Below are positions 38,532 to 47,027 of a stretch of 64,000 bases of DNA, in pieces. Source of the DNA: Eubacteriales bacterium (GTDB lineage: Bacteria > Bacillota > Clostridia > Oscillospirales > SIG627); NCBI GenBank assembly GCA_045543495.1, contig JAZQMO010000053.1, forward strand, positions 9,020 through 73,019. The letters run 5' to 3'. Position numbers and translations under genes: made by a program. Below the pieces are notes generated by a model. The model had not been told where the DNA came from and did not search any database. It saw only the letters and a list, made by a program, of their open reading frames with translations. Numbering within the stretch: the stretch's first letter is position 1; every line of letters starts with the position of its first letter.

Positions 38532-39458
38532 TTAATCAAACAGGGGAGTGGAAAAATACCGCTCTGCCGTATCGGGGAGCACGGTGACCACGGTCTTTCC
38601 CTTTCCGAGCTTTTTGGCAAGGCGAATGGCCGCCGCCACATTGGTGCCGCTGGAAATGCCGCACATAATGCCTTCCTTTCTTGCCAGATTCTTGGCGGTG
38701 GAAAGGGCCTCGTCATCTCCGATGATGCACACATCATCAATAATGGACTGATTCAAAATATTGGGAATGACCCCGTCGCCGATTCCCATTTGAATGTGAG
38801 TGCCGATGGACCCACCGGATAAAATTGCGGCGTTTTCGGGCTCTGCCGCCCAAATGGTGATATCGGGATTGTTTTCCTTTAATACCTCACCGATTCCCGT
38901 AATGGTGCCGCCCGTTCCGATGCCGGAGCAAAATCCGTGAATGGGGGCGTTTACCTCACGAAGGATCTCCCTTGCGGTCTGGTTGCGCTGAATGGCGGGA
39001 TTGGCAGGATTTTCAAACTGCTGAGGAACGAAAACCTTGGCATTTTCCGCCTTCATTCTCAAAGCGGTGTTGAGACATTCCTCAATGCAAAGACCGATGT
39101 TTCCGTCATCGTGGATCAAAATGACCTCTGCACCGTAGTGCTCCACAAGCTTTCTTCTTTCAATGCTTACGGAATCGGGCATGATGATCTTGACCTTATA
39201 GCCCTTTACGGCGCCTACCAAAGCAAGGCCGATGCCCTGATTTCCGCTGGTCGGCTCCACAATGATGGAGTCGGGCTTCAAAAGTCCCTTTTCCTCGGCA
39301 TCGCAGATCATATTATAGGCGGTTCTGGTTTTTATGGAGCCGCCCACATTCAGCCCCTCAAACTTAACCAGAATATCGGCACAGTTTTCGGGAACCATAT
39401 GGCGCAAACGAATGATGGGGGTGTTTCCCATCGCATCTAAAATGGAATTACAAATCAT
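38532..39458 (-). CDS. cysteine synthase-family PLP enzyme (divergent second CysK/CysM-like paralogue)
   Basis: 308 aa from ATG 39458 (MICNSILDAMGNTPIIRL...). GGSIKTR in place of GSVKDR, TSGNQGIGLA in place of TSGNTG, and GTGGTITG retained. Confidence 0.75.
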   Translation of the reverse strand: MICNSILDAMGNTPIIRLRHMVPENCADILVKFEGLNVGGSIKTRTAYNMICDAEEKGLLKPDSIIVEPTSGNQGIGLALVGAVKGYKVKIIMPDSVSIERRKLVEHYGAEVILIHDDGNIGLCIEECLNTALRMKAENAKVFVPQQFENPANPAIQRNQTAREILREVNAPIHGFCSGIGTGGTITGIGEVLKENNPDITIWAAEPENAAILSGGSIGTHIQMGIGDGVIPNILNQSIIDDVCIIGDDEALSTAKNLARKEGIMCGISSGTNVAAAIRLAKKLGKGKTVVTVLPDTAERYFSTPLFD

Positions 39459-39572
39459 AAAAAAGTCCTTCCCAATCAATATCCAAATCAGTATATCACG
39501 CTTTTTGACCGATTGCAACAAAAAAACAAGGAAATTCTCAATGATTTTTTTCCTTCGCTTCCCGATTTGGGA

Positions 39573-39601
39573 TTGACAAACATCCTTTCCGTTTGTATAA
39601 T
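39573..39601 (+). promoter_or_regulatory. consensus sigma-A promoter for the pfl operon
   Basis: TTGACA (39573-39578), 17 nt, TATAAT (39596-39601). Confidence 0.55.
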
Positions 39602-39608
39602 AATATTG

Positions 39609-39708
39609 TCCTTGCGACTGACGGAACATAGATTACTATGAGGAAACAAGGATGCATATTGCCGACCGTCTGGGCATCCTACAAGTTAGGATGTCTTTTT
39701 GTTTTTTT
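39609..39708 (+). promoter_or_regulatory. ZTP (pfl-motif) riboswitch with an intrinsic terminator expression platform
   Basis: P1 TCCTTG/CAAGGA, junction CGACTGACG, P2 CATAG-atta-CTATG, 3' element GCCGACCGTCTGGGCA. A terminator hairpin follows (GGCATCCT/AGGATGTC) plus CTTTTTGTTTTTTT. It lies upstream of pflB, the gene that gave the motif its name. Confidence 0.8.
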
Positions 39709-39738
39709 AATTTTGCAAATGTATGGAGGAACAAGAGA

Positions 39739-41958
39739 ATGTGGCACGGATTTCGTGAAGGAAAGTGGCAAACAGAAATCAATTTGAGAGATTTTATTAT
39801 TCAAAACTATACTCCTTATGAGGGGGACGCCTCCTTTTTGAAGAGTACCACCGCCCGCACCGATTCGGTCAGAAAAGAGTATGAGCGTCTTTTGGCTCTG
39901 GAAAACGAAAAGGGCGGGGTTCTTGATGTGGATACCACCCGTGTCTCCTCGCTTCTCACCTTTGAGCCCGGCTACCTGAAAAAAGGGGAGGATCTGATCG
40001 TCGGTCTTCAGACCGATCAGCCCTTGAAGCGTGCAGTGAACCCCTTTGCAGGCTATCGCAATGCGGTTCAGGCTTGCCGTGCCTACGGGTATGAGATCGG
40101 CGAGAGCATTCAAAACGAATTCAAATACCGCACCACCCATAATACGGGCGTGTTCCGTGTATATACAGACACGATGAAGAAGGCCCGCCACGCAGGTGTT
40201 CTCACCGGCCTTCCCGATGCTTACGCCCGAGGCAGAATCATCGGTGACTACCGCCGCATCGCTCTCTACGGTATGAAATATCTGATCGAGGAGCGTAAAA
40301 AGGATAAGGCAAGGATCTCCGAGCGTGAAATGACCCCCGAGACCATTCATCTCGTGGAGGATCTGGAGCGCCAGATAGAGTTTATGAATCAGCTGGTTAC
40401 CATGGCCCAGTCCTACGGCTACGATATCACCGTGCCCGCCCGCAACGCCCGAGAGGCCATTCAATGGCTGTATTTCGGTTATCTCGGTGCCGTGAAGGAG
40501 CAGAACGGTGCGGCCAACAGCATCGGTAGAATTTCCGCCTTCCTTGATATTTACATTGAAAGAGACTTGAAGGAAGGGGTTTTGACGGAAGAGGAAGCAC
40601 AGGAGCTGATCGACGATCTGGTTTTGAAAATGCGATTGGTCCGTCACCTTCGCACCCCCGAATACAACGAGCTCTTTGCCGGAGATCCCGTTTGGGTCAC
40701 TCTGTCCTTGGCGGGAATGACCGAGGACGGAAAAAGCCTTGTTACCAAGACCTGCTATCGCTTCCTGCAGACTCTTTACAATCTCGGACCCAGCGCCGAG
40801 CCCAACATTACCGTTCTTTGGTCGGAAAAGCTTCCCGATCCCTTCAAGGAATTTTGCTGCAAGGTCTCCATTGATACAGATTCCATTCAGTATGAAAACG
40901 ATGAGGTCATGCGTAAGGACTTCGGGGATGATTATTCCATTGCTTGCTGCGTTTCCGCTATGAAAACGGGCAAGCAAATGCAGTTCTTCGGTGCAAGATG
41001 CAATCTTGCCAAGGTGCTTTTGATGGCCCTCAACGGCGGTAAGGATGAGATCCACGGAGAGCAGATCGCCCCCGAGGGTGAGGTGTTCCCCGAGGAGGTG
41101 CTTTCCTACGATAAGGTGCTCGCTGCCTTCAAGAAATATGCCTCCTGGATGGCAAAGCTCTATGTGAATACCATGAATGTAATTCATTATATGCACGATC
41201 GCTACGCCTATGAAAGATTGATGATGAGCCTTCACGATCCCGAGCCCGAGAGACTTATGGCCTTCGGCATCAGTGGCTTTTCCGTGTTGGCTGACAGTCT
41301 CAGTGCCATTCGCTATGCTTCGGTGACCCCCGTTCGGGATGAAAGAGGCCTGATCGTGGATTTCAAGGTGGAAGGTGATTTCCCCAAATACGGAAATGAT
41401 GATGACCGTGTGGATGAGATCGCTTCTTGGATCTCCGAGTTCTTCTATCACGAGCTTTGCAAAACGCCTTGCTACCGTGGTGCTAAGCATACTCTGTCCA
41501 TTCTCACCATTACCTCCAATGTGGTTTACGGTCAGAAAACAGGTGCCACCCCCGATGGCAGAAAGAAGGGCGAGCCCTTTGCCCCCGGTGCCCATCCCAT
41601 GCACGGCAGAGATATGGAGGGAGCTTTGGCCTCTTTGAATTCCGTTGCCAAGATCGGCTACGATTGCTGTCAGGACGGCATTTCCAACACCTTCACCATT
41701 ACCCCCACCGCTCTGGGTGCGGATGATGCGGGAAGAATTCAGAATCTCAAGCAGGTTTTGGATGGATATTTTAAGCAGAATGCGCACCATTTGAATGTCA
41801 ATGTACTAAACCGTCAAAAGCTTGTGGACGCCATGGAAAATCCTCAGCTTTATCCCTCTCTCACCATCCGTGTCAGCGGATATGCGGTGAATTTCAATAA
41901 GCTTTCCAAGGATAAGCAAAAAGAAGTGATCGCAAGAACCTTCCACGAGAAGTTTTAA
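39739..41958 (+). CDS. pflB: formate C-acetyltransferase (pyruvate formate-lyase)
   Basis: 739 aa from ATG 39739 after GGAGGA. Active-site IACCVSAM and glycyl-radical motif [11 protein letters not shown]. Confidence 0.9.
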   Translation: MWHGFREGKWQTEINLRDFIIQNYTPYEGDASFLKSTTARTDSVRKEYERLLALENEKGGVLDVDTTRVSSLLTFEPGYLKKGEDLIVGLQTDQPLKRAVNPFAGYRNAVQACRAYGYEIGESIQNEFKYRTTHNTGVFRVYTDTMKKARHAGVLTGLPDAYARGRIIGDYRRIALYGMKYLIEERKKDKARISEREMTPETIHLVEDLERQIEFMNQLVTMAQSYGYDITVPARNAREAIQWLYFGYLGAVKEQNGAANSIGRISAFLDIYIERDLKEGVLTEEEAQELIDDLVLKMRLVRHLRTPEYNELFAGDPVWVTLSLAGMTEDGKSLVTKTCYRFLQTLYNLGPSAEPNITVLWSEKLPDPFKEFCCKVSIDTDSIQYENDEVMRKDFGDDYSIACCVSAMKTGKQMQFFGARCNLAKVLLMALNGGKDEIHGEQIAPEGEVFPEEVLSYDKVLAAFKKYASWMAKLYVNTMNVIHYMHDRYAYERLMMSLHDPEPERLMAFGISGFSVLADSLSAIRYASVTPVRDERGLIVDFKVEGDFPKYGNDDDRVDEIASWISEFFYHELCKTPCYRGAKHTLSILTITSNVVYGQKTGATPDGRKKGEPFAPGAHPMHGRDMEGALASLNSVAKIGYDCCQDGISNTFTITPTALGADDAGRIQNLKQVLDGYFKQNAHHLNVNVLNRQKLVDAMENPQLYPSLTIRVSGYAVNFNKLSKDKQKEVIARTFHEKF

Positions 41959-42674
41959 TGGAGGGCTTTCTTCATTCCTTTGAGAGCCTTGCCGCCGTGG
42001 ATGGGGAAGGACTGCGGGTTGCCGCCTTTTTGGCGGGCTGCCCCCTGCGATGCGTGTTCTGTCACAATCCCGATACCTGGCAGCAAGGAGAAAAGAGGAT
42101 CGGTGCGGCCTCTCTTGCCCAAAAAATCAGCCGTTATCAGCCCTATTTCGGCGCAAACGGCGGCGTTACCTTCAGCGGCGGAGAGCCCCTTTTGCAGGCA
42201 GAGTTTCTTCTGGAGGTCATCTCCCATCTGAAGCAAATGAAGATCGGCTACGTGGTGGATACCTCGGGCTTTGTCCCCCTAACGCCTGCCGTAAAAGAGG
42301 TTTTGTCAGGGGCTCAGCAGGTTCTTTTGGATCTGAAATTTTGGGATGATGCTTCATACCGAGCCTATACGGGGGTGTCCATTGCGCCTACCCTTGAAAC
42401 CCTTTCGTTTTTAGAAAGCATCGGAAAAAGCACTCGAATCCGAACCGTGGTGATTCCCGGGCTCAATGACTCCGTCGCGATCCTTTCCCGCTATCTTCCC
42501 CTTGTGAAGGGGATCGGATGTATCAAAAGCTATGAGCTTTTGCCGTTTCACACAATGGGCTTCTTTAAGTATGAGGAGCTGGGAGTTTCCAATCCCTTAA
42601 AATCAACTCCTGCTCTGGAGCCCGCAGTCAAGGACAGACTGCAAGCTTTTATGGATCAGAATCTCGCAATATAA
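41958..42674 (+). CDS. pflA: pyruvate formate-lyase activating enzyme (radical SAM)
   Basis: 238 aa. CPLRCVFCHNPDTW (CX3CX2C). The start overlaps the pflB stop (TAATG). Confidence 0.9.
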   Translation: MEGFLHSFESLAAVDGEGLRVAAFLAGCPLRCVFCHNPDTWQQGEKRIGAASLAQKISRYQPYFGANGGVTFSGGEPLLQAEFLLEVISHLKQMKIGYVVDTSGFVPLTPAVKEVLSGAQQVLLDLKFWDDASYRAYTGVSIAPTLETLSFLESIGKSTRIRTVVIPGLNDSVAILSRYLPLVKGIGCIKSYELLPFHTMGFFKYEELGVSNPLKSTPALEPAVKDRLQAFMDQNLAI

Positions 42675-42712
42675 AAATTTCCCTGTGATCTTGTATCACA
42701 GGGAAATTTTTT
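42675..42712. terminator. bidirectional intrinsic terminator
   Basis: AAATTTCCCTGTGAT-cttgt-ATCACAGGGAAATTT followed by a T-run. Confidence 0.7.
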
Positions 42713-43318
42713 TTACAGAGCCTTTTCAATGGCCGCCAGAAGATCATCATACGCTTCAAAGGCGGGAAGATCGGGATAATCCTTTTTAATGGCCTCGGTG
42801 CTGCGGAATAAAAAGCCTGCCTTGCTGTTGAGGATCATACCCAGATCATTGTAGCTGTCCCCGGCGCAAATGGTATCAAAGCCCATGGATTGCAGAGCCT
42901 TCACCGTGGTGAATTTGCTCTTTTCACATCTCATTTTGTAATCGGTGATCTCGCCGTTGTCTCCCACTACAAGGGTGTTGCAGAAAATGGTGGGGAAGCC
43001 AAGCTTTTCCATCAGGGGAGCGGCAAACTGAGTGAAGGTGTCGCTGACGATGATCACCTGAGTCAATTTGCGAAGGCGATCCAAAAATTCCTTTGCTCCG
43101 GGCATGGGATCGATCTTGGCAATGGTCTCGTGGATCTCCTTCAGGCCGAGTCCCTTCTCCCTGAGAATGTTCAGTCTGTATTTCATCAATTTGTCATAAT
43201 CGGGCTCTTCACGGGTGGTGATCTTCAATTCGGGAATTCCGCTTGCCTCGGCAAAGGCGATCCAGATTTCGGGCACCAAAACGCCTTCAAGATCAAGGCA
43301 TACAACATTCATATTCAT
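42713..43318 (-). CDS. thrH: HAD-family phosphoserine phosphatase / homoserine phosphotransferase (ThrH-like)
   Basis: 201 aa. MNMNVVCLDLEGVLVPEIWIAFAE... (DxD motif) and ...ICAGDSYND match ThrH-type proteins as I recall them. Confidence 0.7.
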   Translation of the reverse strand: MNMNVVCLDLEGVLVPEIWIAFAEASGIPELKITTREEPDYDKLMKYRLNILREKGLGLKEIHETIAKIDPMPGAKEFLDRLRKLTQVIIVSDTFTQFAAPLMEKLGFPTIFCNTLVVGDNGEITDYKMRCEKSKFTTVKALQSMGFDTICAGDSYNDLGMILNSKAGFLFRSTEAIKKDYPDLPAFEAYDDLLAAIEKAL

Positions 43319-43468
43319 ACGAACCTCCACAATGCATATTCAATGGAAACTATTATATCTTATGTATGAGAAAAATTCAAGACGATTTCAAAAAAAGCTT
43401 TGGATCCTGCAAAATTTGACTCCGTTTTTGTAAGAAAATTTGTTTTGCCTTCACCAAATCTTCAAATT

Positions 43469-43487
43469 TGATTGATAAAATCAATCA
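43469..43487. promoter_or_regulatory. 8-bp-arm palindrome just upstream of the VTC operon RBS
   Basis: TGATTGAT-aaa-ATCAATCA (43469-76 and 43480-87). Function unknown. Confidence 0.35.
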
Positions 43488-43505
43488 GGATTGGAGGATG
43501 GCCGA

Positions 43506-44204
43506 TTGAAACATGTATTTTCCCGTTATGAAATCAAATTCTTAATGGATACGTCTACCAAACAACGCATATTAGATCGGATCGGAGAGGGGCTAACACT
43601 CGATTCTTATGGGGAATCCACCGTCAGAAATCTGTATTACGATACCCCCGATTACCGATTGATCAGGCGCTCGCTGGAAAAGCCCGTTTACAAAGAAAAG
43701 CTCCGCATCCGAAGCTATCAAAAGGCCCTTGCGGAGGAAAAGGTATTTGTGGAATTAAAGAAAAAATACCGTGGAATCGTGTATAAAAGAAGAGCCTTAC
43801 TTCCTTCCCGAGAGGCAATGGCGTTTGCTTCGGGCGGTGTGCTTTCTCATCCGCTGACCCAAATCGAAAAAGAGATCGCATATTTTGCAGCCTACTACGG
43901 CTCTTTGTCGCCCAAGGTCTTTTTGTCTTACGACAGACAGGCCTATTTCCACGCCTCGGATCCCAATTTCAGGCTTACCTTTGACCGCAATATTCTCTTT
44001 CGCACCACAGAGCTTGATTTGGGAAGGGAGGTATGGGGAACCCCCATTCTCGGGGAGGATCAGGTTTTGATGGAAATTAAGTGTGCAGGGGGGATCCCAC
44101 TTTGGATGGTATCGATCCTTTCGGAGGAAAAACTTTATAAAACCTCGTTTTCCAAATACGGTACGGTGTACCGAGATCATATCTTATCGGAAAGGAATTT
44201 GTAA
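43506..44204 (+). CDS. VTC-domain (polyphosphate-polymerase-like, CYTH/triphosphate-tunnel fold) protein
   Basis: 232 aa from TTG 43506, 7 nt after GGAGGA. ...FSRYEIKFLM...TVRNLYYDTPDYRLIRRSLEKPVYKEKLRIRSY... matches bacterial VTC-domain proteins. Confidence 0.75.
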   Translation: MKHVFSRYEIKFLMDTSTKQRILDRIGEGLTLDSYGESTVRNLYYDTPDYRLIRRSLEKPVYKEKLRIRSYQKALAEEKVFVELKKKYRGIVYKRRALLPSREAMAFASGGVLSHPLTQIEKEIAYFAAYYGSLSPKVFLSYDRQAYFHASDPNFRLTFDRNILFRTTELDLGREVWGTPILGEDQVLMEIKCAGGIPLWMVSILSEEKLYKTSFSKYGTVYRDHILSERNL

Positions 44205-44205
44205 T

Positions 44206-44901
44206 ATGGAACAATCAATCTTCGCAGGCCTCTTTGACGGAGCGGGAGTTACAACCGTATCCGTCACGGATTTTCTTTTGTGTGTGGCCGCATCTCTTGT
44301 CGGTGGCGTGATCTTGGCATTGGCCTTTTCCTTTCGCACCCGCACGGGAAAGAGCTTTTTTCTGACCTTATCCCTTCTTCCCGCCGTCGTTTGTGTGGTC
44401 ATTATGATGGTCAACGGAAACGTGGGAACGGGCGTTGCCGTAGCGGGGGCCTTCAGCCTTGTGCGTTTCCGCTCCGTGCCGGGCTCGGGAAAGGAGATCA
44501 CCGCCCTGTTTATTGCCATGGCCTCGGGCCTTGTTGCGGGAATGGGCTACCTATCCTACTCCCTCCTGTTTTCCGTTTTGATGGCGCTTCTTTTGTTTTT
44601 TGGAAGCCTTGTTTTATCCTCCCGAAAGCTTGGGAGAGAGGGATATAAGAGCCTTCGGATCACGGTTCCCGAGGATCTGAATCCTTCGGGTGTCTTTGAC
44701 GATATTTTGGAAAAATTCACCTCCTCTTATGAGCTGGTTCGCATCAAAAGCACCAATTTGGGCAGTATGTTCCGTCTTCATTATGAGATCCGAATGAAGG
44801 ATTCCTCCCGCTTTAAGGAGATGCTGGATGAGATCCGTTGCCGCAACGGTAATCTTGAGGTTATGCTGAGTGAGATCGAAGGGGAGAAAACGGAGCTGTA
44901 A
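44206..44901 (+). CDS. DUF4956-family polytopic membrane protein
   Basis: 231 aa, ATG 1 nt after the VTC stop. ...AGAFSLVRFRSVPGSGKEITALFIAMASGLVAGMGY... is typical of DUF4956. Confidence 0.75.
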   Translation: MEQSIFAGLFDGAGVTTVSVTDFLLCVAASLVGGVILALAFSFRTRTGKSFFLTLSLLPAVVCVVIMMVNGNVGTGVAVAGAFSLVRFRSVPGSGKEITALFIAMASGLVAGMGYLSYSLLFSVLMALLLFFGSLVLSSRKLGREGYKSLRITVPEDLNPSGVFDDILEKFTSSYELVRIKSTNLGSMFRLHYEIRMKDSSRFKEMLDEIRCRNGNLEVMLSEIEGEKTEL

Positions 44902-44902
44902 T

Positions 44903-46690
44903 ATGAAACAATATCAGATCATTGCCTTGGCCTTGTTTTTTTCCGTTCTGCTTTGTGCTTGCGCTCTGCCCGCTCCGGAGCCCGTCACAAGCGGTATTCA
45001 GGATAGCGTCAAGGAGTCTGCGGAAATTGAATTGAAGGAAAGCTATTTTACCGATCGGGATCTGAATCCCGAATACAGCGAAGCCGAGGCCGTTCCAATT
45101 CTGTTGAAGGGCGATTCTGCCACATCCTCCCACAGCGGTGTTCAAATCAAGGATCAAACGGTTACCATTTGCGAGGACGGCGTGTATCTTATCTCGGGAA
45201 ATTTGACCGATGGTACTCTTGTTGTCAATACGGATAATACCAAAAAAACAACCCTTATTTTCGATTCTGTTGCCATTGAAAGCAGCAGCACCGCCCCCCT
45301 TTGTATTCTCTCCTCCGAGAAGGTCTTTTTAGTTTTGAAGGAGGGGAGCGAGAATTCTCTTGTTGCGGGTGATGCTTTTCAAGATCCTGAAAATGTGGGG
45401 ATCGACGGAGCAATTTTTTCCAAGGAGGATCTGACCCTGAGCGGGGAAGGAAAGCTTGTGATCGAAAGTCCTGCAGGCCACGGCGTGGTGTGCAAGGATT
45501 CTCTTCGCATCACAGGCGGGGAATATGAGATTACCGCCGCTTCCCACGGCATCAGCGCCAACGATGAGATCAGTATTCAAAGCGCTACCTTTTCCATTAC
45601 GGCAGGCAAGGACGGGATGCAGTGCGAAAATACCGAGGATGCAACCCGAGGATTCGTTCATTTGGAAAGCGGAAGCTTTCATATTGAAAGCGAAGGGGAT
45701 GGGATCAGTGCCTCCTCCTACCTTCAGATCCTGAATGGAGAATATGATCTTTTGTGCGGCGGCGGTAGCGAAAACGCTCAGCATAGCACCTCCGACCGTT
45801 GGGGTGACTTTATGCAAGGCGGCCGCCCCGGCGGGATGATGAAGCCGGGCGGTAACCGTTCAATGAGCTACACCGCCACCGCCTCCTCTACGGAGGACAG
45901 CACCAGCATCAAGGGCCTGAAGGCCGATGGCAAGATGCTTCTTTGCGGTGGAAAAATTACCGTTAACAGTGCTGACGATTCCGTTCACGCAGGCGGGGAG
46001 ATCCTTCTCTCGGGTGGAGAATTTACCCTTATCACGGGAGATGACGGCATCCATTCCGATACCTCCCTTGAAATCACAGGGGGAGAGATCACCATTACAA
46101 AATCCTATGAGGGACTTGAGGCCTTGAATATTACCGTCTCGGGCGGCAAGATCCATCTTGCGGCAACGGATGACGGCATCAACGCCGCAGGCGGCACGGA
46201 TCAAAGCGGCTTCGGCGGCCCCCGTGGTCAGGATCGCTTCGGTGGCGGGCCCTCAGCCTCCTCCAAGGGCTCCGTTGTTATTTCCGGCGGTCAAATTTAT
46301 CTTCAAGCCTCGGGAGACGGCATCGATGCCAACGGCAGTATTTTGATCCAAGGCGGCGAAACCGTAGTCTGCGGCCCCAATCAGGGAGATACCGCAACGC
46401 TGGATTACGATACCACCGCCACCATAGAGGGCGGCATCTTCATCGGCACGGGAGCTTCGGGGATGGCCCAAAGCTTTTCCGATGCAAAACAGGGCGTGGT
46501 GGCTCTGCGTGTAGGAACGCAAAGGGCAAAGACCGCTCTGTCTTTTACGGATGAAAGCGGAAAGACGATCCTTTCCTGCACACCGGAGCTTGACTATTCC
46601 GTAGTGATCCTATCATCCCCTGATTTGGAAAAGGGAAAGAGCGGTATTCTCAAGATCGGCGATCTGGAAGAGAAGGTCGAGATCAATTAA
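44903..46690 (+). CDS. lipoprotein with beta-helix-like repeats (DUF4353 'carbohydrate-binding domain' family)
   Basis: 595 aa, ATG 1 nt after the DUF4956 stop. Signal peptide with lipobox LLCAC. Reiterated units such as ITGGEYEITAASHGISA, LSGGEFTLITGDDGIHS, ITGGEITITKS and VSGGKIHLAATDDGINA. Confidence 0.7.
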   Translation: MKQYQIIALALFFSVLLCACALPAPEPVTSGIQDSVKESAEIELKESYFTDRDLNPEYSEAEAVPILLKGDSATSSHSGVQIKDQTVTICEDGVYLISGNLTDGTLVVNTDNTKKTTLIFDSVAIESSSTAPLCILSSEKVFLVLKEGSENSLVAGDAFQDPENVGIDGAIFSKEDLTLSGEGKLVIESPAGHGVVCKDSLRITGGEYEITAASHGISANDEISIQSATFSITAGKDGMQCENTEDATRGFVHLESGSFHIESEGDGISASSYLQILNGEYDLLCGGGSENAQHSTSDRWGDFMQGGRPGGMMKPGGNRSMSYTATASSTEDSTSIKGLKADGKMLLCGGKITVNSADDSVHAGGEILLSGGEFTLITGDDGIHSDTSLEITGGEITITKSYEGLEALNITVSGGKIHLAATDDGINAAGGTDQSGFGGPRGQDRFGGGPSASSKGSVVISGGQIYLQASGDGIDANGSILIQGGETVVCGPNQGDTATLDYDTTATIEGGIFIGTGASGMAQSFSDAKQGVVALRVGTQRAKTALSFTDESGKTILSCTPELDYSVVILSSPDLEKGKSGILKIGDLEEKVEIN

Positions 46691-46693
46691 AAT

Positions 46694-46733
46694 AAGCACC
46701 GTCCATCGGGATTACCCGTTGACGGTGCTTTTC
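46694..46733. terminator. hairpin between convergent genes (weak U-tract)
   Basis: AAGCACCGTC (46694-703) / GACGGTGCTT (46721-30) with a 17-nt loop. Confidence 0.45.
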
Positions 46734-46735
46734 CT

Positions 46736-47026
46736 TCAATCGGCAAATCTGCCTCGGTATTCCTCCTTGAGGATCGCTTCCATTTCCTCGGGGCTCTCCT
46801 TGCACCCACCTGCAAGCCACAGCTTGATGATGGCATTGAATCCGTTGCGGAAGAATTCAATATGATACTGAATGTTTTTTTCGATCTTTTCCTTCTCCGC
46901 TCGCTTTTGATCGTATATGCTCACAAGCTGACGGTCGTCATACAGGAGCTTGAAATAAAGTTTGTAAAACAGTTGATTTTCCTTAATGTGAGTAAACATT
47001 TTCAAGGCGCCCGTTTGCTCGTTCAT
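46736..47026 (-). pseudogene. TetR-family C-terminal domain only (HTH-less remnant or stand-alone fragment)
   Basis: 96 aa. ...FFRNGFNAIIKLWLAGGCKESPEEMEAILKEEY resembles the C-terminal ligand domain of DhaS/TetR-type regulators. No DNA-binding N-terminus, because the ATG lies 1 nt after the CoA-transferase stop. Confidence 0.5.
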
Positions 47027-47027
47027 A

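Noticed and set aside
39652-39738. Longer pflB start (768-aa version in the ORF track)
   Set aside because: The extra 29 codons lie inside the ZTP aptamer and its terminator U-tract. ATG 39739 has a GGAGGA RBS and yields the usual [10 protein letters not shown]-type N-terminus.
39679-41790. 703-aa ORF on the - strand
   Set aside because: It is antisense to pflB, which carries unmistakable glycyl-radical motifs. It has no RBS and a repetitive G/L/I/H-rich translation.
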